A stretch of DNA of 64,000 nt from Trichoplax adhaerens (Eukaryota > Animalia > Placozoa). The notes beneath the pieces are model-generated. The model saw nothing but the letters and a program-made list of their open reading frames with translations. It was not told where the DNA came from and searched no databases. Positions within the stretch are counted from its first letter, which is position 1. Each line of letters starts with the position of its first letter. Location of the stretch: contig NW_002060973.1 of the NCBI RefSeq assembly GCF_000150275.1, forward strand, positions 248,001 to 312,000. Direction: 5' to 3'. This document shows positions 1-12,871 of this stretch, piece after piece. Both the position numbers and the translations under genes were made by a program.

Positions 1-606
1 TCATTGTCGATATATCATCCGGTAACATCAATCTAACTTATCGCAATATGATCTAGGCAACACTAATACTGAGACAATATAGTTACAATAGTAAAGCATG
101 ATAATGGAAAGATTATCTATTTTTTTAAGTTTTGTAATCCTAAATTATTCAGTAGTTCCTAGTACACAACATGCACTTAAATAAATAAACAATTTATGAC
201 GCTGTAGAATAGAAGTCAAGATTTCTTTCTCTATAACCTATTTAAATGCTAACTGCTGCATAAAGTTTGATAAGTCTACGTATTATCCAAGTAGAAAAAT
301 AATAGTTTTCTTGAAGTGGTAATCGTAAAGATCATGTGTTCATCACATTATCAAAGAACTGCCAAGAGTAATTAATGCTACTGGAGAATTATTATCTAGT
401 CTTAATTGTACGGTAATTATTATCGTGGAAAACTCGCCTAAGATTATACGAGCGAAAACAACGGAGTAGAGTCGGGCCACTGTAATAAAGTACAACAAAT
501 AAAAGCACACAAGTTTACAAGATGAAAACAGGATATAAATCTCTGTTCGCCATTTTTATACCAACTTTTCATATTTAAAAAAACATCCATCATTTTCATA
601 GATTGA

Positions 607-852
607 TAGATCATATAATCTCACAAATCCATTTCCATAGAATCGTTAATACCGTCATAGCCGATTAAATCTCGTATTTACTTAACTTTCCCCTTCCCTT
701 TCCCAGTCTACTTTGGAGACGATAAACTATAGATCATAGAATCGCACGAATCCATTTCCATGGAATCGTTAATGCAAACATAGCCGATTCAATCTCGTAT
801 TTACTTAACTTTTTCCTTCCCTTTTCTAGCTTACTTTGGGGACGATAAACTA
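607..852. repeat. Two-copy tandem duplication, about 123 bp unit
   Basis: atagatcata...aatccatttcc...aatctcgtatttacttaacttt...gacgataaactata occurs at about 607-731 and again at about 729-853. Confidence 0.9.
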
Positions 853-1736
853 TAATACTAACTTGATCCAATCAATTACCAAGTACGTTACTTTAAGCGT
901 AGTTGAAGGCAATTAGAGATTTGATATGCGTCGGAAAAGATCTTAAGGCTTGATGATAGCAAAGAAGATCATCAGACATCAGCTTCTAGTAGGGCAAATT
1001 AGCTTGAGGCAGTTTATGACTTTGATTAGATAGTATCGATGAACAATTACAGAATTTCTACTATAGAAAGATTTCACGATAAAAAACATTTATAACCGAA
1101 ACTAAAGCGCTGATGACTAATCGAAAAGTTCAAGGGACCTTCTATCGCGAGAACATTTCTGGGTAGTATGAAAATATAGTAGCCCACCATTAAACGCGCC
1201 GAAAAGCATAAATTAAGTAAAGAGTAAAATAGCAATAAATTGCTATTTTATTATAAATTGTGTTCGTTGGGCTTTAATACTTCTCTTGCAAATATTAAAA
1301 GATATTTTAATGCATATGTATGGATAACTTGACATCAAGAACAACCATATCTACGGAATGTCTTTAAATTGCTTTTAATAATTATTTGACATTATTTCGG
1401 ATGATACTCGTCTATTTATTATATTTATTAGCAGCGTGATAGTGTCTAAAAGTTTTTTCGACACCGAGATTGCATCAAAGTCTAACCTTGATTATATGAG
1501 ACGCATCCCACTATACAGGATGGAGCATTTCACTTTAGTAGCTTAAAACTTGTGGTAATTTATCAAAACATGTTTATTTTTATGCTGTTTTTCTCTAACT
1601 TGCGTAAGTCCGTGATACATCATTCCTTCAAAATAGTCACTATTACATCAGCAGCCAAGTCTGTAAATAAGCCAGCCTTGATTACTGTTCAGTATATCTC
1701 GTTCATGAATAGCGATCTATGAAGTAAGATCATGCA

Positions 1737-2582
1737 GCTGGAACCATAGCCAACAATATTGAACCAAATTAGAATGTAATGATCTTATCATCCTACAATA
1801 GCTAAGCATTTAACTTTCTTGATTGATTGTATTTGGTTACAAATTTGCATCGTAGTCATTAATAGTGATTTAATCAAAATAGCTATGCAATATGTGTATC
1901 GTTTACGGTATATTAACTACAGCATACAGTATGACGATTTGTTGATCGTTTAGGTGACAGGCAGGTAATTAAGCTATTATGATTTATAGAATTTCTGTGA
2001 TTGGCACAAATTCCCTCAGATCTCTCTTGTGAATATTTGCATTCTTCAATTTTTGCTTCGATTTGATTTATAGCGGTTATATCTGTCTTACATATGGCTA
2101 CAACTACTTCTATAATAATATCGTCATGTCGTTTTATCATCAAGCCAGCTACTTTAAGATCTGAAAGAACTGGTGCAAATACTATCAGCAAAATATTACT
2201 TGTACACTAGTAATTGGCATGACTTATAACAGAATGTATTACTCAATAATTAATTAATAACAAATTTTCATAAACATAATTAAATTATCATCTATCTTTA
2301 TAGACATTGGATCCATCTAATCGTAGTACGCATAGGAATGCCCTGTTAATGATAATATTCATAGCAATGAACACCAAAATAATGGGCCATTCTATCTTAA
2401 TGACGTTAAAACAACGTATCGACAAACTTATTAAATTATTATTAAGAATATATGACGTAATAAAACGACACAGTCTTCTTTAGAAATAGTTCATTACCAG
2501 TAGGGGTATAAACTTAAATGCTGTCGGTATTGTGGGTCCTGATTAATTATTCATCGATGCAGCATTTATTAACCTATGCTAG
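1737..2582 (+). pseudogene. Decayed intronless rhodopsin-class GPCR remnant
   Basis: Collinear TM-like fragments with stops and frameshifts: AGTIANNI (1737, TM1 GN-like), LVTNL..SDL (about 1835-1872, TM2), SSIFASI*FIAVISVLHMATTTSIIISSCRFIIKP (2043, TM3 with CRF at the DRY position), LLMIIFIAMNTKIM (2343, TM5), FIDAAFINLC* (2550, TM7-like). Confidence 0.45.
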
Positions 2583-3910
2583 CTCTGAAACTTATATAAT
2601 CTCGCACGATCGAAATTTGTGACGTTAGCAAATACGCGAATAAATACTTAAAGTCTTTGTACTGTCATACTGTGCTGTGTGCAAGTCTTTATCTATCTAT
2701 AGTGAACACCCAAAATTCTATTAGCTTTGCTTGTACACCATACTGTGCGAAAGATCTTAATGCAAGTCAATAAAGAGTAGATGTATTCACACACTGTGTC
2801 ATGCGAAATGTCTACATTTACAATACACGTACATTTATAATTATACTAGCAGCACTTGTACACGTGCTGTGCTTAAAATCTTAATTTACCGTATAGTAAA
2901 CACTTTCAGTGAAAATTGCTGTAAGTAACATTCGCAAATTATCATTCAAATCGACGTATAACATGCTAATGATCGAATATTGCTGTGGTAGTTTCAGATA
3001 ATTAACACAGCGGTCTAGTTAAGTTGTTTACTTGCTGATATCAATGATAAGTTTAAATTAGAAGAATGTCGGTACAATAAATATGCTTGGAAGAGTTCAA
3101 ACAGCATTAACTTTGTAGAAGTCGATACTTTAATTCCATTATGCACTCTATAGATTACTGTATTACAGCAGAGATATCATGAAAACGATAAAGTTTTAAG
3201 CTGACTTAGCTAATAGGTTACTATAGGCTAAACTAAAAACAGAATATTGGCGATGAAATAATAACCCATGCTTTGCTTTATCGGATAAAACCTGTTCCTC
3301 TCAACCTTGCCTTTTGATCACAGACTATATTTACTTGCGTATCTTGATGTACGAAAATTTTTCATATGTAACATACATTTAGGATTATATTAGCTATACA
3401 CGAACAGCATGCTACGTGAAAAATCTTGATGCGCGGTGAAGATATGCTGTGCGAAAAGTATTGATGTTCAGTACACCTAGAATGATGAATATATTAGTAG
3501 CTATACCGTAAATAGGCTTACACTATGTTATGCGAAAGGTCTTTATGTATGCATTGCACGTATATAATTTTATTAATTATATTATTCATTGAACTAGCGG
3601 CACTCGCATTCCATGCTGAGCTAAAAATCTTAATTGATAATGCTATATGCACTAATAATTCTGGCTGCACGTCCCATTATGCCATACAATGGGTTTTTGT
3701 GTATATTGTCAACACTCGTAGAATAATTGATATATTGGCTAGATTTCCACACGTTATGGTATGCTAAAAGTCTTCATATAAAGTGAATACTAAAAACTAT
3801 AGTACACTCGCTATTCTAGCATACTAAGCCGTATAAAAAATCTCGAATTTATGTACAGTAAGCACTTATACTAGCTGCACTCATCACTATGCTGCGCGAA
3901 ATGTCTTCCT
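2570..3910. repeat. Degenerate short-period repeat array (about 60-75 bp units)
   Basis: Recurring motif (a/c)ta(t/c)gct(g/a)tgcgaaa..tctt at e.g. 2740, 3409, 3443, 3523, 3887. Confidence 0.6.
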
Positions 3911-4889
3911 GGCGTCCTTGAAAGGTATGGTGCTTTATGCCTTCTTGCTCGATAGTAACATTAAGTATGATTCTAAATACATTTAAAGGTAGAAAAAGCT
4001 ATCTATTCGTCGATAGCCATTCAAATCGACATATAAAATGCTAATTATGGACTATTGCATCTTCCATCTACTCAATGGAAATACTTGTTATGTCCTATGC
4101 GATTGCACAATGCAAACTAATCTACGTTAAGCAAATAACTCATAAGGTCCAGCCGAGCTGTTTACATGATGATGCCAATAGCAAGCTTGAAATATCTTGA
4201 GAAGAAAAAATCGAAACGTTTTACCATAGAGTAACATTCTCCCTTCCGCATTTTTAGTAGCCATTTTTGCAGACTAATCTCTGCATTCTAATTGAATATT
4301 GCTAAACAATTTTTCACATTGATATTTTATTTCAGTGAAAGGTATTGAAAAGAATCGAGAAAGAAACAAGTTTGGCAAGCGAGGAACCCAATGGAAAAGC
4401 ATTCGAAGAAGGGCAGCATAGAATCGCACAACAGTGGGAAAGTGGGAAATCCCCACTAGAAACAAAAATGCTTCGACGGGGCGGTGCTTACCCCGATACG
4501 TTGGAAAGATTATGGGGAAGTTCTATATGTTAAGGCCATTCCCAAGACTGCTTTTGTCCCCCGTCTTACAGACAAAATCAATCTTAGGAATGGCCGTAAC
4601 ATATAGATATAGAGGTACAATGATCGCAAGTATAGTAGACCGTTAGTGCAATGTGGAGTATCGATGCCGTCATGAGTTTAGTTCTAGGCTACGATGCAAG
4701 CAGTAATAATAGCATGGATGTTGAAAGCGTTGTAACTGTGCCTTAAGCAAGTGTTAAGTAGTAGTTAGTTGATGTTGTTAGGGAGCTTTAGATTGTGACC
4801 GTGGTTACCACGACAACACCCTCTCCACATATCGCCCAAAGCAGATTGTGCGCCTTCATGGCTAACGAGACTGAGGATGCATCCATCAC

Positions 4890-5015
4890 CTGCGCTATCG
4901 TCTAAAGATGTCGCAATTGCAAGTGGAAGAGACGATATATAATGGAGGATTTTTAAAATCCTCATTAAATGACAGAGAGAGGCAACAGTTGCCTATGAAA
5001 TCTTGCAAAATAAAG
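4890..5015 (+). pseudogene. Possible decayed death-domain-like exon
   Basis: LRYRLKMSQLQVEETIYN, then a frameshift, then WRIFKILIK*QREATVAYEILQNK, followed by a strong donor AG|GTAAGT at 5016. Resembles the death-fold C-terminal pattern ML..W....ATV..L with the Trp mutated to TGA. Confidence 0.3.
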
Positions 5016-5252
5016 GTAAGTTGTAGCGAAATTAAATCCTAGCTAGTGGATTAAGATATATTGACTGTACAATTTGGAAAAATTGCCAAGGATTGATATC
5101 ATTTTCTCATGCTTTTCGAGTATTTTCGCTTTGGCGCCTATTGGAAATGTTGGACGCAAGCTGTTTGTGGATGCTAGACTTGCTGGTATACTGTGTACAA
5201 TCTACTGTTCCATGTAGAGTATACGGGTAGAGAGACTAGAGACTTGATTTTG

Positions 5253-5826
5253 TCTGCCTTTGCAAACTTTATCGCGCACGGTAAAACCAAAAGACTAAAA
5301 AAACGGGAAAGAGCCTTTCTTCACCGTGTGAAAAAATTGAGACTGCTAGAAATGATGGATCAATTTCATATGGAACTTTTATCGCATACGGTAAAACTGA
5401 TGACTAAAAGAATGGGAAAGAGCCTTTCTTAACTGTGTGAAAGAATTAAGACTGATAGAAATGATGGATCAATTCGTCTTGGAAACTTTGTGGCGTACGG
5501 TAAAACCAAAGGCTGGAAAAAAATGAGAATAGCCTTTTTTAACGGTGTGAAAAATTCAAACTGCTAGAAATGATATCAATCAGTTGCCTGCCTTTGCAAA
5601 CTTTATCGCGTTCGGTAAAACCAACAACTAAAAAAATGGGAAAGAGCCTTTCTTAGCTGTGTTAAAAAATTCAGACTGCTTAGACTGCTAGAAATAATAT
5701 CAATCAGTGGCCTGCCTTTGCAAACTTCATCGCGCTCGGTAAAACCAAAGCTTGAAAAATGGGAAGAAGCCTCTCTTAACTGTGTAAGAAATTTCAGACT
5801 GTTAGAAATGATATCAATCGGTGGCC
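5253..5826. repeat. Tandem repeat, about 110-125 bp x5
   Basis: Unit gcaaactttatcgcg.cggtaaaacc...gggaaagagcctttcttaactgtgt..aaaattcagactgctagaaatgat is repeated five times. Confidence 0.92.
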
Positions 5827-8361
5827 AAGTAGTAATTTAAACTATTAAATTCAACATCGATCGGCTGCCTATCTTCGTCGATAGTATTCAAATTGAAGGG
5901 AGGTATGTAATTTCACTATAGAGGGCTAGTCAGCGCTATCTTTTAGGTTAGTAGTTTCAAAAATAAAATTTAATATTCCTTGTAAGCGATTGAACTCCAT
6001 CCAACAAAGTAGAGAGTTATACTGGTAAAAAAAAATGGTCAAAGCATAGATAGATATTAGAGTAGAAGTGCGTGCGAAGTAGTTAATAGTTGACCATTAA
6101 AGATTAAATGGTCAAAGTATGGAGAGATATCGATTATAAAGCTAATGATGAATACTAATCACTGGTAGGCTTCAGCTAGGACAGGTCTTATAAAGCGGAA
6201 AGTCGGAAGAAATAAGATTCAACGATTTTATATTAAACTCTATAGTCTGCGATAGTCTGCGAATGCCTTGTAGAATCGAAATGAAGAGGAAGAAAGACGT
6301 AGAATACACTAGCATTATCTCCTATTTCCTGTTCTCTTCATATTCAATTCTACAGAGCGTCCAAGTACTCGGTAGGATTTAGTAATCTATGCTATATCAA
6401 CACTCTCGGACATTTGCTTTTGCATGTTTACCTGTTAACGACAATTTGCAAATCAAAGCAGACATTGTTGTATTTGTACAGTCTAGTTATTGAATCTTTC
6501 ATTCTCCTATTTTTCTGCCCTTTCACTTTCTATTAGTAGCCATGGACTTGATAGGATTTGGTAATGTATCGTTGGTATAAACTATTACACTTTATAATAT
6601 CTCATATTTAAATGCTATATTCTTCAATTTTTAGTCAGTCCCTTTCGTTTTTACTGCAACGCCTCATCGATTTGGTTGGATTTCATAATCTATGGTCATC
6701 TATGTTCTCGGATAAGTGCCTTTTGCGCGTATGGCTGTCTACTTTCTTATTATGTACTAGTCCCCAAAAACTCCTCGCGTTACTGATGGGTTGGTATTAA
6801 TTAAATTATTAACATTAAATTCTATATTGGAGAGTACAGCCCAATTTTTGGTTGTACCATTCCAAAATTAGTCTCTAGGAGTGCAATAGTGTATATCGAC
6901 TGTACTGTCCGAGAGCATAGATGTACTATAGATTACTAAATCTTTCCTAGTCAATGGATACCCAGTAGAATAAAATAAGAAGAAGATGAAGGATAAGAGA
7001 ATATAACATTAAAAAAATAGACTGTACATATATAATAATGTATTAATAAGTTAGACGGCTATTTGCACAAAAAGTGAATTTTCTACTCTATAGATGCGCT
7101 GTAGAATAGAATATGAAAAGGACGGAAATTATGAGAATATACTCGTAATATTGAATTCACAAAGTAGATTGCACAAATGAAACAGTATAGGCTAAGAAGG
7201 TAGACAGCTCTTTATGCAAAGTAGAAGTCTTTGATTGAAGAAGATACCAAGTAAGCGAATAGAAACATGATATTTGCAAGGTAGGAAAAATTTAGTTTAT
7301 TTTGATAAGACTTCACAAATTGGACATACATTGACGGCAAATACAAATCGCTATCGTAGATCGTATTGATTTGCGATAGGGCAAGCAATAATAAAATATG
7401 CCAATGCTAAATAGTTGCAATGTAAAAATACCAACACTAATACAAGTGATGTACATAAATAAATTAACAATGATAGCATTGTTGCAAGTATACATATCAA
7501 GAAGCTACTAAGAAATATAAGAAAATGACAATATCTGAGACGAGGGCAAAGGAGTACAAGAATCATGACACACGTTAATCTAAATTATCGTAGAAAGGAT
7601 AATATGAAAGGTAACATAGTTCTTCATCAATAAGCGATTTAAGTAACCTAAACATTCTGTACGCGTTATGCTATCTTAATGAATCAAGTTCTAGGCGTAA
7701 GTAAATTATCATTAGTAACTTAAATAATAATGTATGTCCAGTTAAAAACAACATAAGACATTAATTAATGCAACAATGTCCACCTTAAACGTTACCATCA
7801 GTTTGAATCACAGTGACGTATGAATAATAGTAAAGACACATTGAAGAGATTGTTCAAATTGCAATGAACCATAGAAAAATTGTTCTTGAATAGCTCAATT
7901 CAGAAATAATTAAGAAAGTCCCACCTTCAAGGATGAGATCATATAGCATTAGAAATGAATTGTGTCGCAGCTCATATAAAGTTATTATTATCACATTTTA
8001 TCAATATTTAATATGCAAGTTAAGAAAGATAAGTTATTATACACATATCAATTTGAAATAGTAGGGAAAGAAAATATCGAAGCTACTATAAAGATAATAG
8101 CAATGTACGCGTATGCATTTCATGGTTCATACGTGCTCAAGCAGAAAAGTAGTTTCTTTTCAAGTCTACCAGGTGTTCAATAACTTAAATTAGGGTCCAG
8201 TGCGTTGGGACTAGCTTTTGGCAAGTCATTGATTAAACTACTGTAGGTCTTGTTGTTATATTAGTAGACGAAGGAAGGTATAAAGTTTTCAATGTATGAT
8301 TATTATTAATAATTAAGGTAAATAATCGTATAGCATCATTTGTAAATATTCCTGATGATGT

Positions 8362-11300
8362 CTATACAAAAGTGGAAAATGCTGATTGATTGGGATTAAT
8401 GGTATTGGCTGGACTTCCTGGATAACTACTGCGTAATGTTGGGGCATAACTACCGCCATGGAATGAAGCATTTCCATCAAATCTGGCTTCACTGTAGTTG
8501 CCCATAAACGATGTTGTGTCGGTAGTACTATTTCTTTTGCTTAATCCACCATATGCGTTGATAAATGAACCATCTTCGTTGAATTTGGATAAATGGGGTA
8601 AATCAGCATATTGATCCATGCTATCAACGCTATCTACTTCAACATCACTGTGTCTAAAGTTGTCTTCGGTATGGTGATTATCTTCTGGTAAGGGAGGCCT
8701 CTTAACTTCTTCTTCTGGTTCATCAGTAGGTAGTGGTGGTACATCAGGTTTCTTTTCATTATCTGAAGGGGTAAAGTAGCGACCGCCATTTTTTTTCTTT
8801 CTATCAGATCGAATAAAGCAGACTAGAACTAAAAAGACCAACAAAATTCCTGACGCGCTAACTAAAGCTATAAACCAAACTTCTTGATAGAACGGCGTTT
8901 GTGCTCCTGGTATCGCAGCTGTAGTAGCGTTAACTTGATTACTAGGTAAGCTGAGAATATTGTTACTAATAGCGATAACATGGCAGATGTAGGAAGTCGC
9001 TGCAAGTAACCCAGTCACTTTATACCGACGTACTGATATTGCTATCATGGTAGTGCTAGCATTGACAAAAGCACCTTGTGATGTTGCAACTCTATACTGA
9101 ATAATAAATCCGTTCGTTGGATTTTCACTTGCTACCCATTCAAAATCAATGGCAGTTTGTTCAATGCTAACAACTTTGAATAGGGTTGGTGCAGCAGGTC
9201 CTAAGCCATTTACCGGACTGCGAATATCGCTAGGTACACCATAACCGTTGGCATTTTTAGGTGTTACAGTAAAGATGTAATTGCCTGCTGCCATATTATT
9301 GAAAGTAAATGTAGTTTCAGCATTGACAGTATTATAGGTTGAATATGGGCCTGCAATGCCTGAAGCATTTAAAACCGCATATTGAATTTGATATTGAGTA
9401 ATTCCGTTAGCTATTGCTGGTGCAACCCATTGAACAACAACCTGACTTTTAACTGATTCCGTAACTTTTAGGCCCGTAACTGCATCTAAAAGAATAAGTT
9501 GTAATGCAGGTTAGTAATTCAATAAAATCTTTGTAGCTACGATTGGATAACTTTATACATGACCGATATCTATAGTACCGTAAAGTCCTAGATATCGTAG
9601 ATTATTTTAATATTAACTATTCATGATAAGCAACAATATTTGAATTGAATATCCATTGCATTCGTCTCTTTCTCCTTCGTTAAGATTTTTCTTTATTGCA
9701 TATTACTTAGATAAGATGCAAATTGATCTTGTTTATCTATTTAGAATTTTACCTGGTACAGGATTATTGGTATAGGCGGTAATAGTAGAAGAGAAAGGTC
9801 CATCTCCACCTGAAGTATATGCGTTAATTCTAAAACTGTAAGTAAAATACGCTGATAATCCTTCGATAGTAGCCGTATTAATATCCCCAAATGTGCTAGT
9901 GTTAGCAATTGAGTTATCATATATCCAATATGAGATCTGTTGGTAACAGAAGAGAAGATTTTATTAATAGAATTGACTTTGTGTTATATCTTGTCGATGC
10001 TACTGTATTTACAGTATTAAGCAGTGAATTTAATAATGAATGATTCAATGACAGTAGATGATGATATTGTTAGAAAAAAATTGAATTTTAAATCGATGCC
10101 TCAAGTATCGATATCACGATCTACAGCGAAGCACTGATTTAGGGTGATTATATAATATATATTGTACCCTAAGATATGTTATCTAGTTATTTACTATCGC
10201 ATGCAGTAAACTCAAGCATTTCGTTCAATAGAACGGGTTATTGTCTAGTTGAAATGAATGTTGCTTATATCTTAACTGAAGTAATTATACACTCTATTTT
10301 TCTTGCAAATATCATTACAAAGACTTCTCTGTTGATCAATCAACTTACCCTATATCCAACTGCCGTTGCTCTTGTTGTTGCAACGCTAGAAATCTTATTC
10401 CACGTTATTTTGACTGTACTAGTACTGATAACGTAAGCTTTAATGCTTGTAGGTGCTGCAGTAGGTGGTGAACTACCAGTAGTAGCCTTAATGACAGGAG
10501 TTGATGCTATTCCTAATCCAGCGTTATTGAATGGTTGCAACTGTAATTCGTAAGTAGTGCTTTGAAGGAGGCCAGTTAATCGATATGAACCTCCAGTATT
10601 TATATCCAGAGTTACCCAAGTCGATGTCGACACTGATGTTCGATAATATAGCTTATAACCAATACCAGCATCATTTTGCTCTTCGCGTGATAATGGCTTG
10701 AAACTAATATCGATCGCAGTTGGATCAGATGCTACTCCATTAGCTCGAAATTCGCCAGGAGCATAAGAAGGTCTAGCTCCAGATGTCGAAAATACTAAAT
10801 GTGCGCTATCTTTACTTGTGCCAACTGCATTGACGGCTACTACTTTAAAGCGATAAGTATTAAAAGGTGATAAAGTAACTCGACGGAATGTGGTTGATAC
10901 TGGGATATAATCTTGGGCGATTCTCCACGCATCGACACTATTGACCCGATATAAAATTGTAAATCTCAATAATGGGCTGTTGTTCGGACTGCCAGGTAAC
11001 CATGATAATACCACAGCCGAGGATATTAGCTGACTGTAAGTAAAACTAAATGGAGGATCTGGTGCATCATTAACCGTCAACAAGGCTGATGAAGATTGAG
11101 GCACATAACCAACAAATGGTACAAAAGTCGCAGCTACACATGAAAATGTACCTGTATCAGTTAATGTTGTATTAACATAAGTTAATGTTGTGGTTAAACC
11201 AGACGTTGTAATGGTAGCTCGACTTGTAGTAATATTGACATTGTTTCTTTGCCAATACAGAGCGACATTATAGTTTACCGCTTTCGTAACTGCACAAGAT

Positions 11301-12871
11301 ATGCTGAAATTTTGGGGTCGTCGGACAGAAGTCTTAACTAATGGTTTCGAAAAGACTGTAGCACTGACCACGATGGCAATGCCGGATACATTACTACTTC
11401 CATATCGATTTCTTGCAGTGCACATGTAAGTTCCGGCATCGTTATCGTCTACGTTGTGAATAATTAAATTACCATTTAGCAAGACTGTATATTTGTTATA
11501 TAATAATGTATCCACAAATCCTCCATTTCTTGTATAGGTCATTACCGGTCGAGGGCCGCCAGTAACTGTGCAACGTATAGTGGAAGTTTGTCCTCGAAAC
11601 AATGTGGTTTGTGTATAAGGTTTTTCGGTGAAAACTGGTGCTGCAACTGTGACATTAAGATAACCAGATGAAGCAACGTTTGAATGGTCATTATAGCCGA
11701 CACAAGTATAGACCTTTGTATCTTCCCTAGCGAGATTACGTATGGTTAACGATCCATTAGAATTTAGAACATATTTAGAGCTTGCGACGATTTGTTGACC
11801 ATTCATATACCATCTATATTTGATATTCGATCCGCTAACTGAGCAAGGCCAAACGAAATCTGATTCGACAGGTTGATTAGTATCAGTGATTGGCGTTATC
11901 CATCGTGAATCGATTGTAACTTTGAGTGTCGTGGTAGCTGTAACTTGGCTACTCCCTGAAATGGCCGTACATTGATAATCACCCGCATCGACTGTTTGAA
12001 TATTTTTAATTACAAGATGGCGACCAAATTTTTCGATAGCATAGCGATTAATAGGCAATGTACCTGATTTTTTTTGCCATCGAATATTAGGTACCGGATA
12101 ACCCGTTGCTATACACTCCAAAACAACTCGAGCTTGACCAAGAAGAGCGACAGGTGCATTAGGTGCGACTGCAATTTTAGGAGTTACCGTTGTCGCTGTG
12201 TTTGTTGTAAAATTGACATATTGAAATGTTCCTACATATTTGGTTTCTTCTGAAGATCCTGTATTAGGGTTATTTGAAGTCCATTTAACAGTACATTGAT
12301 AGGATCCAGTATTATTTGGCCAACCAGCAATGAAGATCAAATCGCCAGCGTAGACCGTCTGAGCTATACTATTCGTTTCAGTCACTCTAACGTTGTTGGC
12401 ATCAGTCCAATAAATTACATTAGGTCGTGGTAAGTTTTTTTCCGAGATTTGGCATCGCAATCGAGCGTTACCGTTAATATCTATAGTGAATACTTCGGCG
12501 GCAACACCAAGCTTTTCTAATATACGTACTTGAAGTGTTGCTTCACGGCTAATACTTGTACCATAGAGATTACTAGCTAAGCAGGTATATTTGCCAGCAT
12601 CCGCTGGAATGATACCGGTAAATGTTAAATTACCACCGCTAAGCTTAATTCGAGCATCGTATTGGATATTTTTACCGTTATGTTGCCATACATAAGAAAT
12701 AGTTCCAGTTCCGGTAGCTTCGCAGGGGACGACAAGATTATCGCTACCCGTACGAGATATTGCGTTTTCATTGATGAAATCGACCGGCTGTATGATTATA
12801 GTAGGAGCAGTGATTGCATTGATGACCGTAGTTGTTAAAAACAAGAGGGAGATGGTTGTTATTAATTTCAT
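8362..12871 (-). CDS. L1CAM: L1CAM/neuroglian family cell adhesion molecule (signal peptide, 6 Ig, 5 FN3, TM, ankyrin-binding tail), about 1276 aa
   Basis: Exons 12871-10349, 9936-9753 and 9485-8362 join in frame through GT-AG introns. Ig motifs (DAGKYTC, DAGDYQC, DAGTYMC), FN3 motifs (LSPFNTYRFKVVAVNAVG), TM segment WFIALVSASGILLVFLVLVCFI, cytoplasmic SMDQY..FNEDGSFINAY and C-terminal PDZ ligand STFV. Confidence 0.93.

Noticed and set aside
1913-2191. 92-aa minus-strand ORF
   Set aside because: Likely the antisense shadow of the decayed GPCR TM3 region.
5253-5826. Regular repeats that might suggest a CRISPR array, and ORF 5193-5432
   Set aside because: Whole units repeat with no unique spacers, the context is eukaryotic with no cas genes, and the ORF is a by-product of the repeat.
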